DNA of 64,000 nucleotides from Amoebophrya sp. A120 (taxonomy: Eukaryota > Protista > Dinoflagellata), in contig CAJINV010000001.1 of the NCBI GenBank assembly GCA_905178155.1, positions 3,339,675-3,403,674 on the forward strand, written 5' to 3'. Both the position numbers and the translations under genes were made by a program. Under the pieces are notes generated by a model that was given only the letters and a program-made list of their open reading frames with translations, had not been told where the DNA came from and ran no database searches. Shown here one piece after another: positions 11,287 to 23,900 of the stretch. Numbering within the stretch: the stretch's first letter is position 1; each line of letters opens with the position of its first letter.

Positions 11287-14200
11287 TTAATCCTCGTCCA
11301 TCATTTCTTGCGAATCCAATCCCCAATCCAGCAGATCCGCCTTACTCACTACTCCGCGCGCCGCCAGCGACGCCCGCATGGTCACGCCAAGCTCTTTTTG
11401 CCGCGAAACGAACTCCTCCTGGGCGTTTTCTGTTTTGATGTAGACATAGGGATGGATAGTAGGCAAAAAGTCAGAGAAAAACATCAGCTTGATGACCAAG
11501 TATAATCACATCAACATCACATGCAGTACTCCATTTCTGCGCCCTGTCCTGCCGCATCAGGCGCAACTCTTCAGCGGCAACCTGGTGCGCAAACCGCGTC
11601 CACGATTCCATCCCGCCTACTTGACGCTTCAAGAAGCTAATCTGGTCGCACAGGCCGCCAAGCTGCTCCTCCTTCGAAAGCCCCCGAAAAACCGAATCCC
11701 AGAACCCTCCGTGCTCGCTCAATTTGATGGTCAGGCTGTTGTAGAAAAAAATGCTCAATTCTTTAAAAATGGTGGGTTGAATTGCTATACTTATGAATGT
11801 CTGAGGACAGCTCCAGCACGCTCACCACCAGATTGTGTAAGTCCCAGGAACGCGAACTGCGCTGGTGAGACAGTGAAACTTATCTGAGTTTATTTCTAGT
11901 ACCGCTTCTCTCGATTCTGTCTTAAATTTCGCCGAAGCATTTCCGTCTTCCTTTCCATGAAGTCCAGCTCGTCAAATATGCGCAGGCTGGCATGCAGATC
12001 CAGCATCTCCCGTTCGCACGCCACGATCATGATATTGTAGACAGCATGCGCAGTCCCATTCGCCTGCTCGCCCCCACTAGCGTGAAGGCCGGTTTTTCCG
12101 GCCCCGGAAAGCGCCAAGGAGGATACCTGCATCGCAAATTATGGCAAGTGGAGAGGATGAAAAACGTTTTTGAGCATAGAAAAGCAGAAGACGCTAGGCG
12201 ATGATCGCCGAAATTCATTCATCAAAAAACACAGCACGCGAAAAGTCGTGTAGACGTACTTAAGCAGTACCAGCGTCCTGTTCATATTTTCCTCTCCGGC
12301 CAAGGTTCTCCGCAGCTTCTGACTTTATCAACTGTAAAAATGTCTGGGTCTGGAAGAATGCAACTTGTCATGCTGATTTAGGATTCTAAAAAAATCTGTA
12401 TTGCATGAGCAGCAAAGAGAGTCCAAATCTTGCAGCACGGAAAGAGCATTTGTCATGCGGATTAGGCTTCAGGAAGCCCTCTAAAAATCTGTGATGCTAG
12501 GGCATGCATCACAGACTTGAGGAGTCATGCAAAATGTGCATGACAAACCTGGCAATCTTCCAGACCCAGACATTTTTACATTTGATAGACTTTCGATGAA
12601 CGCATTTCTCTCGAGATTTCGCAAGACCTCGAAGTTTCGCTGCAGCGAGCTCAGCTCGAAACTCCGGTTCCGCAGCTGTCTCTTCTGTTCGTTCAAAAAT
12701 TTCTTGCAGGCTTCGGGCGTCAGCTTCACGGTAGCTACAGCGGATGATGTCGCACGAGGACATAAATTACTGGTCGTCCGGAAGAAGGCGGAAGTAGACT
12801 TTCTCTCTTTAACACCCGCTGGCAGCAGTCCGCCCTTAGACGTAGTCTTCGACGATCTCCTGGAATAAATTTTGCTGTTGTTGTTCAAATTATTGTCTAC
12901 TTCAGCTTCACCACCATTGTTCAAATCCAGGTCCTGTGCCTCTGCCTTATCAAGAACAGCGTCGTCGTTGTTCTGCTCACGCGAAGTAGGGCGACCATTT
13001 TTGGCTTCGTTGAAACTCGCGCTCAAGTCTATCCTGAGTAAAAACCTACCCACACCAGAGTCAGGACGGAGATTTTGCAACACAAACCTAGGAGTTTTGT
13101 GAGTCACGCATGACAAGTTGCGCTCTGCAGGAGTGTAGTGCAGGTTAGCAAGTGCAGCCGCATCACAGATTCATCTGCTCATCCTGTTCACAGCATCACA
13201 AATTCCAAAACACGATTAGAAATGGCTCTCATGGGGATGCGCATTACAAGTCTTTAACTTGTATTGCAAACATGCATCACATCAGAAAAAAAAGTTTCAA
13301 TTTTCTTAAGGTCAAAATGCACAGCGTTCGTGCTAATTCAGGTCATTTTAGTGCAAAACTGGTCTTGTTAAGTCAAAAACAACAAAAACGCCGGAAAAGC
13401 GCACGGCGGGGCCACATAATTAAGCGCTAAAAGTGCCCTCATGTGCGAAAATGCGACAAAAAAAGGAAAAAAGTCGCAAACTGAGCAAAATAACGACAAA
13501 AATGAGCATAAAGGCACACTCGCAAAAACTTGCGAAATTCGAAAAAAGTCGCGAGCTGTGAGCTATAAGGTTAAAAGTCGCCCGCTGTTTTTTTTTTCGA
13601 AATCGCTTAAAATAGATCAGATTTAAGCAAATTGCATCAAAAAAGCGCGAAAATGCAAACAAATGCGTCAAAATGACGCGAAAACCCGCAAAAATGCACC
13701 AAAGTGCGCTAATTGACCAGAAAACGCGGCAACTTCACAACAATACGCGCGCAGGCGGAAACCGTGCACCAAAACGCAGCGCCACAGTTTTGCGATGCTT
13801 GTCGCTGCGTTTGTTAGTCTATTTGGCAGGTGGTTCGATTCTAGAACGCCCACAATGTGCTGAAATGCGCCAAATTCGAATAAAAAACTACAGAAACGCG
13901 AACACAGGCGCTGTAAGTAAGCAAAATAAAAGAAAAACGAGACAAAAATCCCCAAAGAAGCACGCACATGCGCGCAGACAAACAGCACGAGTCAAAACAC
14001 GACAAAAAGCATGGCCCAAGGCCGGCAAGAACGGACGCCGTCCACCTGATTCCAGTACAGTTGTCTCGCTTATTCAGGCGAAAATGTGAACAAAGTGGAA
14101 CAGATCTGGCTAGCAAACTAACGCGCTCGGCTTCGGAATCGCTCGTGGCGCTGGCCAACGAAAAGCAACAACGGCAAAGAGACAGCTTCTTCGTGCTAAC

Positions 14201-17200
14201 TAGGGCCATCCTGGTGCAGATTGGGTCTCGCTAAGCCAAAAAGACAAAAAGGCGACTAATTTTGCAGAAGTTATCAACTTGTATTGCAAACATGTATCAC
14301 ATCCATGGAAAGAAAAGCGCCAACTTTCTTAAGGTACAGACGCGCCTTTTTGGTGCTAATTCGACTCATTTCACTGCAGAACAGGTCTTGTTAAGTCAAA
14401 AAGAGCGAAATGGTTGGACGAAAAAGCGCACGGCGGGGCCACCTTGTTAAGCCTAAAAATTGCGCAAATGCGCCAAAATGCAAAAACTAAGGCGGAAAGG
14501 GCGCAAATTTTTCAAAATAGGCACAAAAGTGCGCCACTATGCGCATTCTCGGAAAATGCGCAAAGTCGCAACATTGCGCGCGCCGATGATTTTGCAGCGG
14601 TTCACAGCGCGTTGGCGCTGTCGCACCCGTAAGGCTAACTCCCGACAGTTTGGTCGTACTTAGGACCAAAATGCGCCAAAAGAGCTCCCCTCAGCTCAAA
14701 AAGGTGCGCAAATGCACCAACAGACGCAAACTAAAGCAAAAACGTCGCAAAGCCATCGAAATAGGTGAAAAAGTGCAACACTTTGCAAATTCTCCAAAAA
14801 GGCGCAAAAGCGCGACAAGGCGCGCGCCGGTGATTTTGCAGGAGCAAGTCCGCAGAGCGGTGGCGCTATCGCATCCGCCAGGCCAATTCCAGACAGTTTG
14901 GCCGTTCTGAGGACCAAAATGCGCCACAGAAACTTCCTCCAACTTAAAAAGGCACAAAAGCGCGACGAAATGAACGAAATACGGCAAACCGGCGGCGAAA
15001 ATAACCAGCCCCAGGCGGTTTGTTCGTTTTTAGCCCCAAAATGCGCCAGAAAAGCTCCGCGTAGCTCGAAAAGGCGCAAAAACGCAACAAAATGAACGAA
15101 GTACGGCAAAAAAGCAACGGAAAGACACCCAAAAAGGAAGACGAAGGCAAAACATGGACAGCGTCGCCACTTTTAGCGTAAAACCTTAGCAACCGCGGCG
15201 CCTCTCATGCTTGGCAAGTCGGGGCTGGCGCTGCAGCGCAGCAAGGATAGTAAGCCCACAAATGCAGACAAGGAGCGAAAAACGCCGCCGCGTCACTCTT
15301 CTGCGCCCTGACATGAAGATAAACCCCACGCGGCCAACGCGCGAAACGAAAAACACCAGAAAAATGTCCGCACCAAGAAGCAGGCCGCTGGCTGACACGC
15401 CGGACCGGCCTCCGGGATTGCATTACATGGAAAACCAACGAAGGGCCTCGCTTGGTGCTAATTCAGGGGCGCTTACGCGAAGCAGTCGCGCCACTAGCTC
15501 TGGAAGCAAAGTGCGAAAGACACAGCCGGCGCCGCGTGTTTGGCCCACGAAAATTTCGACACGAAAAAGAGAAAAAGGGCGCCAACTGCAGAGGCGGGCT
15601 GCTGTTCATGTTCCTACTGGCATAAAATAAATAGCAAAAATGCAAAAAAAAGCCCCGGCAAAAAAAAGCACAAAGCGCCACGGAGCCGCACGCCTTAGCT
15701 CCGACATGGAGACCCGCGCCGCGCGGGCAACATGAAAAACGGACAGCACCCCAAAGGCGCCCACGTCAGCACGCGAGCAGGTGGCGGGGAAAACGAATCG
15801 CCTGCCGAGGCTACACTACACGCAAAGAAAGAAAAAGCCGAAGGGGCGGGGCAAAGTCTAAAATCTTCCGCGAACATGGGGAGGGCGAAGCCGCCCGGCA
15901 GCGCAAGCTTGCGCGCGCTGCAAAAATTAAAAAAGTTTCTCTTTTCATTTTTTCAAATATTCATCATCTAAAATCTCGGGCAGTGCTCGATTCAAATCTC
16001 TTGGGGAGTCTTCCTGTCTTTGCAAATCTGCATTACAACTCTGGTGTGGGTACGTTTTTACTCAGGATAAAGTCTTGTGCGTCTTTCATGTCGACATCAT
16101 ATCAAATGCAAACATGTCTGGATCTGGAAGAGTCATGCTGTTTTTGCATGACACAGAAGGTCTGGCATGGAAGCTCTAGCATCACAGGTTTCGAGAAGCT
16201 TCCGCAATGCTGAATCCGCATGACACATCCCCCACTTTGGTGACAGAAACTGGGCAGCTTTTGCTACCTATGCATGAGAGATTTTTCAGTGTGCTGAAAT
16301 GCACATCACAGGTTTGTATTCTTCCAGACCCAGACATTTTTGCATTTAATACATCACCAGTTGCGACTAAATCCGCCAGTTCCTGAACGAGTTGCAAATG
16401 GTCGAGACCGGACACCCGGCACAAGCCCTTCTGCCGGTCCAAAAGCTTGAAAGGGTTGTTTAACCGGTGCCCCGAGCAGAATTGCTGCTCCAGCGCGCCC
16501 ACTGAGAGTAATTCCGCCTTCCTCCTCTTCCCGGTGGCGGCTTCGAACCCCAGCCAAGCCTGAAACAGGTCCAACCCCACAAAATGCGGCCGCTGCAACA
16601 GGCGCATCAACCAGAACCGGAGTTCCGCTTGCAGGTTCCGGATCTCCATCCCCTCGCGCTCCGACACCAGATCTCCCTTCTTTTCGTTCAGGTGGGACGA
16701 GGCGAGCAGGGGCGGCACGAAGAAGCCCGGCAGAAGCTTGGGCAGCTTCACAGCAAGCCACTGGAAATCGGCGACCGTCCGCCGCACCGCGAAGCTTTTT
16801 TTGGCGTCGTCAAACAGGAAGAAACCGCAAACGAGGAAATCCATGTGGTCTGCGTGGAACCAGCGGGACTGCCGCACGGGGTCGCGCACAAAAACCTCAA
16901 AAGCTTCGGTTTCCACCCGGACCGTGTCGTCGCCACAGCACTTCGAGAAAATCACGGAATGCGGTAATCTGTCCAACCGGTCCTTACTGACGTCCACCCT
17001 TGTACTTTTTCCCCTGATGGGATTGTTAGTGCCGTCAATACAACTGCCTTTATTTCCACCAGCTGATGACCGCAATTTCGAATCACTCTCGACGTCATCT
17101 CGTGCCGAACCGGAGCTTGTGCGCGAGCGTGGTTTCATTTGCGCCCCCACTGAGTGGACAGATACGACTTTGCGACTTGCTGACAGGTCAGCGACATTTT

Positions 17201-20070
17201 CCTTGCTATGTTGATCCTCTGGCAGGTTGCGATCGTTGTTCGACGTACCATGATCTTCACAACTAGCATTGCTTTTCGTCATATTGGCCTGGTTTTTACT
17301 CATCTTCCTGCCGTTCTTGCTACTGATCCCCTTTGCTTCTGCAAGCAACTGCCCCGCTGCTGTCCCTGAACCTACGACTGTGCCCTTCGATTTCGTCTCA
17401 AAAGACTTTTGCGATGTTGGGGAGGCGGTCCGCGGCGTCACGACGACGGGTAGGCTCAAGTCGTTGTTATTGAACACCAATTGCTCTGAAAACTCTTCCT
17501 GCTCCGGGATCCGCAGGTCGCTTCGGCGCTCGTAGCTCAGCAATTTGCTCCGCAACTCCGGTTCCCCGCGGAAAACTGTGGTCGCAGAACTGAAATTGGT
17601 ACTGCCATGGACAGAAAAGCGCGTCGGTCGCCCGATGGGCTGCGAGGTCATGCGCGGATCAAGCTGCTCGTTGTGCGCGGTGGACACGCGGACTGGCGCG
17701 CTTCCTATCAACACATCGACTTCCTCAGCGATTTTGGCACGCCGCTCCGCGATCGAGGGTCCTCGGGATGCTGTTGCACCAGGATAGTTTGAAGATCCAT
17801 TCTGGGGCTGGTGCAGCAGCGGCTGCCCGAACGAGGGCCGCGGGTCACTAGTGCATAAGCCTGCTCCAGCACGCTCTTGACTCCCTGTAATAATCGTTGC
17901 CGGCGACGCACGAGAGCTCGACGAGAGGTGGTGTCCCGGAGGACCCGCGAGCGATCGCCCTGCAAAAGACTGAGAAGTAGAGCCGTGATCCGCCAGGTAC
18001 AAGTCGTTCTTGGGTCCGCCAAATACAACACGACCGCAAGAAGGAGCCCCCCCGGCGGCACTGGACAGCAAGGCCGGGTTCAAGTTGACATTCACCAGCG
18101 GGCTCGCTCCATTTGCGGTGCCGGGACTTGCGCGGCTGCTGGTGCCGTGAACGGATGTGGAAACTCGGTGAAGAAAATCGTCTATCACGTCATGCTCTAG
18201 TGTCGGATGCGCACCTGGCCGCGGCCCCTGTGTCTCCGGTACTGGTTCCTCAGCAGGATTGCTGCTTCTGTGTCCTCGCGCACTCGAAGACGAGGAAGAA
18301 GACGAATGCAGAACTAGCACTGGCGTTTTTAGCGGAGAACGAGACGAGCGTTGTCCACCTGCAGGAAAGGTTTTGCTTGCTGTTGCTCCTCTGTGTTCTG
18401 CTTGATCTGCGCCATCTCGCTCCAGCCCGCTCCCTGGTGGATGAAAATTGTCGACCACGAGCGTCGCGTCGCTCTCCGCAAGACTCTCGTCTAACTTGGA
18501 GAGGCGCGGCGACTGCTCATCGGAATGAATTAGACCTATATTCGCTCCTAGATCAACATCGTTCGCATGAAGATCCGAGGGGTGTATTCTTAAGGCTGCG
18601 CCACGCTCCGGTGTTCTTTTTTTTGTACTGCTGGCGTTTCTCGAGGTAGACAGGACTCTGACCGGTTTGGAGCCGCCGGGGGTGCTACTTTTCGGTAACA
18701 CGAGCCTGCTGGTGGTTGTCCCTTCAAGCAGAATGTCTTCGTCTAGTTGATCAGGGTCAACAGCTCGATCACGTGTAGTCTTCGCTCTCGCCGGAGGATC
18801 AAAGAGCTCTGCCAATTCGTTCTGCAAGTTGCGCTCCAGCAGGGTCGAAGCCGCACTGCTTCCCTGTGGCGGTGGCGTTTCTCTTGCATTTTTCGTACAT
18901 GAATTTTCACCCTTAATGCCGGAGCCTGCCTCTGCGCCGTTATTCCCATCGCGCGGGGGAAGAACCGACGGTGAGCTGAGGTGGACCTTTTGAACATCTG
19001 GCGGCTTCGTAGCAAAGCGGTCCAACAAATTTTCTTCCCCCGTCCCAGCTCCGCAAATGTTGTCATCATTTTTTCCAGCGTCTAAACCTATATCGTCCCG
19101 TTGTACACCTCCTACCTGCTCTGTTAATATTTCTTCTAGCCCGCCCGCAGCACCGGGTGAGAGCAGGGACCGACCTTCTTGCGACCCGACGGAGAGAGAG
19201 TAAACCTCATCGTACAGGATTTCTTCCCGCGCATTACGGACAAATCGCAGCAACCTTGCGTGATCTGTTTCCAGGTTGTTGTCGACGTTGATGTTCTCGT
19301 CATCTTCGACGTGATGTTCATCCTGTTCCGCTTCTTCTTCTTGTTCGTTCGCGCCATCGAAGCCGCTATCCTGTTCATTCATATTCACTTCCCGTCCAAA
19401 TTCATGATAATCGGCGTCACTGTTCAGAGGCAAAAGCTCCTCCGGCAATAAAGCGCTGTCTTCTTCTTCATGGAGCGGGCCCGGACGAGGGCCTGCAGCC
19501 CCACTACTCTCGTAGCTTGCTTTCCACGACCCATTTTTGGCACCAGGAACTAGTACGTTTGGTGTAGTTATCTTATTTCCAGTTGATGGTAGTTGGGAAG
19601 ATTCTTCAGAAGCAATCTTTTCGCCCTCGACATGGACATCAGCATCACCAGAGTCTATCAAATGCAAAAGTGTCTGGGTCTGGAAGATTCTGACACTTGT
19701 CATGCACGTTTTGCATGAGCCATGATGTCTGTGATGCATACCCTAGCACTACAGATTTTCTGAGGGCTTCTTGATGCCTATTCCGCCTGACAAATGCCCT
19801 CTCCGCGTAGCCAAAATTGCATTCCCTTTGCTGGTCAGGCAATACAGATTTTTTTGGAATCCAAATGCAGCGTCACAAGTTCGGACTCTTCCAGACCCAG
19901 ACATTTTTACATTTGATAGAGTCGCGTCTGTCATCATTTCCAGGTGTACCGCGCGCCTCTGCAGATGATAGCGTCTGACCTTCTGGCACGAGCAGGACAC
20001 GACCTCCAGCGGGAGGAAGCAGCGTGGTGGATTCTTCGTCATCGCTGGAAGATACTTCTTCTTCCGACAT
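11287..20070 (-). CDS. PX-domain (sorting nexin-like) protein with long disordered N-terminus and helical C-terminus, multi-exon
   Basis: Starts MSEEEVSSSDDEE at 20070; PX-like FAVRRTVADFQWLAVKLPKLLPGFFVPPL...LRFWLMRLLQRP; in-frame joins across elements 19656, 16100, 13030 and 12326; downstream exons at ~11900-12127, ~11530-11735 and ~11287-11430 inferred from GT-AG-like sites. Confidence 0.7.
12326..12587. mobile_element. Introner family A (opposite orientation to 8193 and 19656)
   Basis: TIR; direct repeat GACTT. Confidence 0.92.
13030..16069. mobile_element. Introner family B split by a 2.75-kb nested insertion
   Basis: TIR TATCCTGAGTAAAAAC...GTTTTTACTCAGGATA; direct repeat AAGTC; the two halves are collinear with the copy at 21399. 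Confidence 0.9.
13255..16006. mobile_element. Nested A-rich, apparently non-coding insertion with ~1-kb internal periodicity
   Basis: Flanked by AGTCTT at 13249-13254 and 16007-16012; its first ~180 bp recur at ~14275; further internal repeats at ~14470-15110. Confidence 0.8.
16100..16351. mobile_element. Introner family A
   Basis: TIR; direct repeat CATCA; very similar to 24453. Confidence 0.92.
19656..19918. mobile_element. Introner family A
   Basis: TIR; direct repeat GAGTC; very similar to 8193. Confidence 0.92.
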
Positions 20071-20988
20071 CAGGAATAAACAGGCCCGGTGGGGCGGAAC
20101 GAAAGAAGTCGTGGACGGTGGATCTCTTGTCCTCTCTTCAACTTTTGCTGGGCTTGTACTACACGATAAACGACTACAGCTACTCACAAACAAGTGGCAG
20201 CGGCATATTAAAAGCTTTTGAATATGATCCTTTCACATTTCACCAGGACGTCGCACCGATTGCTGTTCCAGAAAAAATCGGAACTGCGTCTGACCTGTAA
20301 ACGAAAGCACACAAAAAACCTGCGGGCGAAACGACAAAATCGAAAGCATTGATGAAGATCGGTGAAGACTGATGGGAGCATTTTTTGCTGCGTTAGAGGA
20401 CCATCATTCCCTGCGTTGTGGAACACCGTATCGGGAAAGAAACACGGCTCCTCGGTCATCATGGTTACACAACTAATACTCTTGTTAAACAACAGCTGCG
20501 AGGATACCACGGCTGTCGAAGTCACGCAAAGCACTCAGTCTCTATTACTCGACTTGTCGTCCTGCTTTTTCTTATCAGTTTCCCTGATAAGAGTCTTGAA
20601 TCGTTCTCATTATGTTCTTTTTGTTCCTCATAGCAGATCTGCCTCCTTAGGTCAGACTTGCTACCTGAAAGGTAAAGTTCGCAATAAACTTGATGTTCTA
20701 AAAAACTGTACTAAGACTATAGCTTCGCACCACAGCAGCGCTGCGTGTTCGCTGCCAACCTTGCTATGTGCATCGACAAAAGCAATTGTCGAGCACATCC
20801 AGCACAGGAAGACAGCGACATCTTCCAGTAAAAACAACCAAACAACAAAGACCAACTAGGGTTCTTCTAAACGCTTTGAAAGTCATTCTTTATTCAAATT
20901 TGGACTCAGCAGATGAATGCAACACAATCTTCCATACCACCCAGCATGACAACCTCGACCAGCATACCCCCCACTAGCATGGTACGTT

Positions 20989-23900
20989 TTACTCGTCATC
21001 GATGTCCTCGTCGATTTCTTCATCGACCTCATCCCCATCCGGCTTCCACGTGGACGCCTGTGATTTTCGAAAAATCTTTCCCATGCCGAATTTGATCATT
21101 AGTATCACATCATAAGAAGAGGGACGAGTGGATCTTCATGCGCATCATGCCTGCTAAAAAACTAGTCCAGGATAAAAAATGTACAAAACAACTTTATTAA
21201 TTCAACATTGAAGTACATAGTTCTCATATACTGGCTCCTCAACCAGCGTTCCCATTTCCGCCTGGATTTTTTGCAGTACCTCTGCGTCGACGTAGGGCCC
21301 CAGTGCGATTTTCGCCCTCCGCATCTCCTCCACTTTTCCAAAGGCGTCTTGGTACAGCCCCTGGGCGACGTAGGCTTCGATGAGCGCCGCGTAGACGTTA
21401 TCCTGAGTAAAAACATCCGCACACCAGAGTCAAGATGGGGATTTTGCAACACAAACCTAGGAGTTTTGTGAGTCACGCATGACATAAACAGACTGTGCTG
21501 CTGCGGGAATGGCATTGTGTTTCGGGTGAGTTGATCAACCCAAAGACGCCGCCACCCCGGGCCCAACGGACCTGGCACTCCAAACTATCCTCCTCATGAC
21601 AAGTTGCACTCTGCAGTGTTGTGCAGGTTAGCAAGTGCAGCCGCGTCACAGATTCATCTGCTCATCCTGTTCACAGCATCACAAATTCCAAAACACGATT
21701 GGAAATGGCTCTCATGGGGATGCGCATTACAAGTCTCCCTGTCTTTGCAAATCTGCATTACAACTCTGGTGTGGGTACGTTTTTACTCAGGATAGACGTC
21801 GCCGACGCGCAGGTAGTTTTCGACCTCCGGCACTTGCAGAAACGTCTCGCATATCAATTGCAAATATGTCTGGGTCTGGAAGGTTGAAACTTGTAATGCT
21901 AGCTTTCCATCCCAAGAAAATCTGTATTGCATAACCAACAAAAGTTGCAGCCTCTTTTGTACATGCAAAGACTCAGCTTCGCATGCGGATTGCATATGAG
22001 AAAGCGTTCTGGAAAGTTGTCATGCTGGGTTGCATTCGGAACTGTTTCCATCATCCACATTTTAGCATCACAAATTTCCAGATCCAGACATATTTGCATT
22101 TGATATCGCACGCCTGCACGACTTGGTCGGCTTTCAACGTTTTCAAGGCGGCGAACTGCTCCACGAACTTCAACTTTTTCTCCAGTACCGTGTACTGCTC
22201 GGAGAGTTCCAGGTTGGCCTTCTGCAGCACCTTCAAGCTGTCCTTCAAGCAAGACGCCGCCTTCTCGTAGTCACGGTACTCGTCGATTTCCACCATGGCA
22301 ATGGTAGCGTAGAACCCGGACATTTTTTGGTAGTCCTTCGCCTTGCTGTAGAAGGACAAGATCTGCTTGGTCATCTCTGGTCGGCTGTGCCAGTCCAGCG
22401 ACTGCATGTAGTTCGCGGCAAGAATCTGGTGTGGGGAGTTTTTCGTTTTTGTATTTCTATTTGTGAAGTTCAAGTTGCTGTAAAAAGTAATTGCATGATA
22501 TGCATCAACTCCAATATCTCTACGGGACCACGTCGAGCACACTTCTTCATCGATTTGCAGGTCATGAATAACAACTTAAGCGAGTGAAGAATGCTTTAGT
22601 TTCAAGATCCTATGTACGTAGATCTCGGGCGTTCTCGCTGTGCCGGCAAAGAAGGTGATCCTTTCGGTATCGCCGCTCTTGTATTACAATGAAAAATGCC
22701 CCCAACCCCGAACTTGAAAGCATTTGTATTGCAAACCTTTCCAAATGAAACATTCGCCCTCTTGCATGTATCAGCATCACAGACTTCCGATCGTGAATAG
22801 CAAAAATTTGCATTGCAAAAGATCCCAGCAAGAGCGGTGCTTGTCATGCAAGCGATGCGAAACACGACTAGGCTCTGCATCAGAAAGATTCATACTCCTT
22901 TCATGCATGACAAAAAGTTTTCATTTGGAAGCTTCGCATCGCAAATTTTTGCAACTTTGGGGGTGGGGGGCACTTTTCACTGTAATATCTTGAGCAAGGC
23001 CTTCATGGCCTTCACCTTTTCTCCGGCCTGCGTGTACTTCTTGCACGCAACCTGGAACGAGCCTTGGTCCTTGCAGAGTTTCGCAATTTTTCGCAACTCA
23101 TCAAATGCAAATATGTCTGGGTCTGGAAAGGTTGAACTTGTATTGCGTGCCCCGGACTCCTGAAAAATCTGTATTGCATAAAAGCAACAAAAGCCAAAGC
23201 GCCACAATTTTGTCATTAATGCGCACTGAGCATGAGAAAGCGTTTGCAATTGCAAAATTTGTCATGCATTACTGCACTCAAAGGCGCGCTCACTCATGGC
23301 CATTCAGCATTACAGATTTCCAGACCCAGACATATTTGCATTTGATACAACTGCGTTTTCCGCCACTCCTCCTTGTCGTCCCCCTGCTTCTCCTATGAGA
23401 GTGCACAACTCCCCCTCCCCCTCGCTTGCATTGCATGAACAGCAATACAACCGTCAGCAAGAATACGGGTTTTGCATGACAAATTTGGACAGGAATGTAG
23501 TGCTATTTGGGCTTCCAGAACTTATCATGCTAGTAGTGCCAAGGGGTCAGGCGTAAATTAGGTATTTTGCATGACAAATGAGGGGGAGGGGGAGTTGTGT
23601 ACCCTCATATCTCCGGGGTCAGTTTTTCCGCCATTTCCTCGGAAATGAACACGTTGTGCTGGTAGCACAAGTCGATCGCCTCCGACACTTGGTGCGACAT
23701 GCAGAGCAACTGCACGGCCTTGTCGTGCTGCTCGTGATGCGTGAAAAATTCCGCGCACCGGGCAAGCAGCTCCGGATCCGCAGCAGGGGTGTCGGTACCT
23801 TAGAAGGAAATGGGAAAGAACTCGAATAGAAAAAAGTTCAGTTCGCAAAGTAAGTGGCCACAAACACAGTGGTTGGAGAAAATAGCGAAAATTACGAAAT

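Noticed and set aside
13255-16006. Autonomous transposase gene for the introners
   Set aside because: Only short Lys/Arg-rich ORFs, with no DDE, RT or tyrosine-recombinase motif recognised here or elsewhere in the window.
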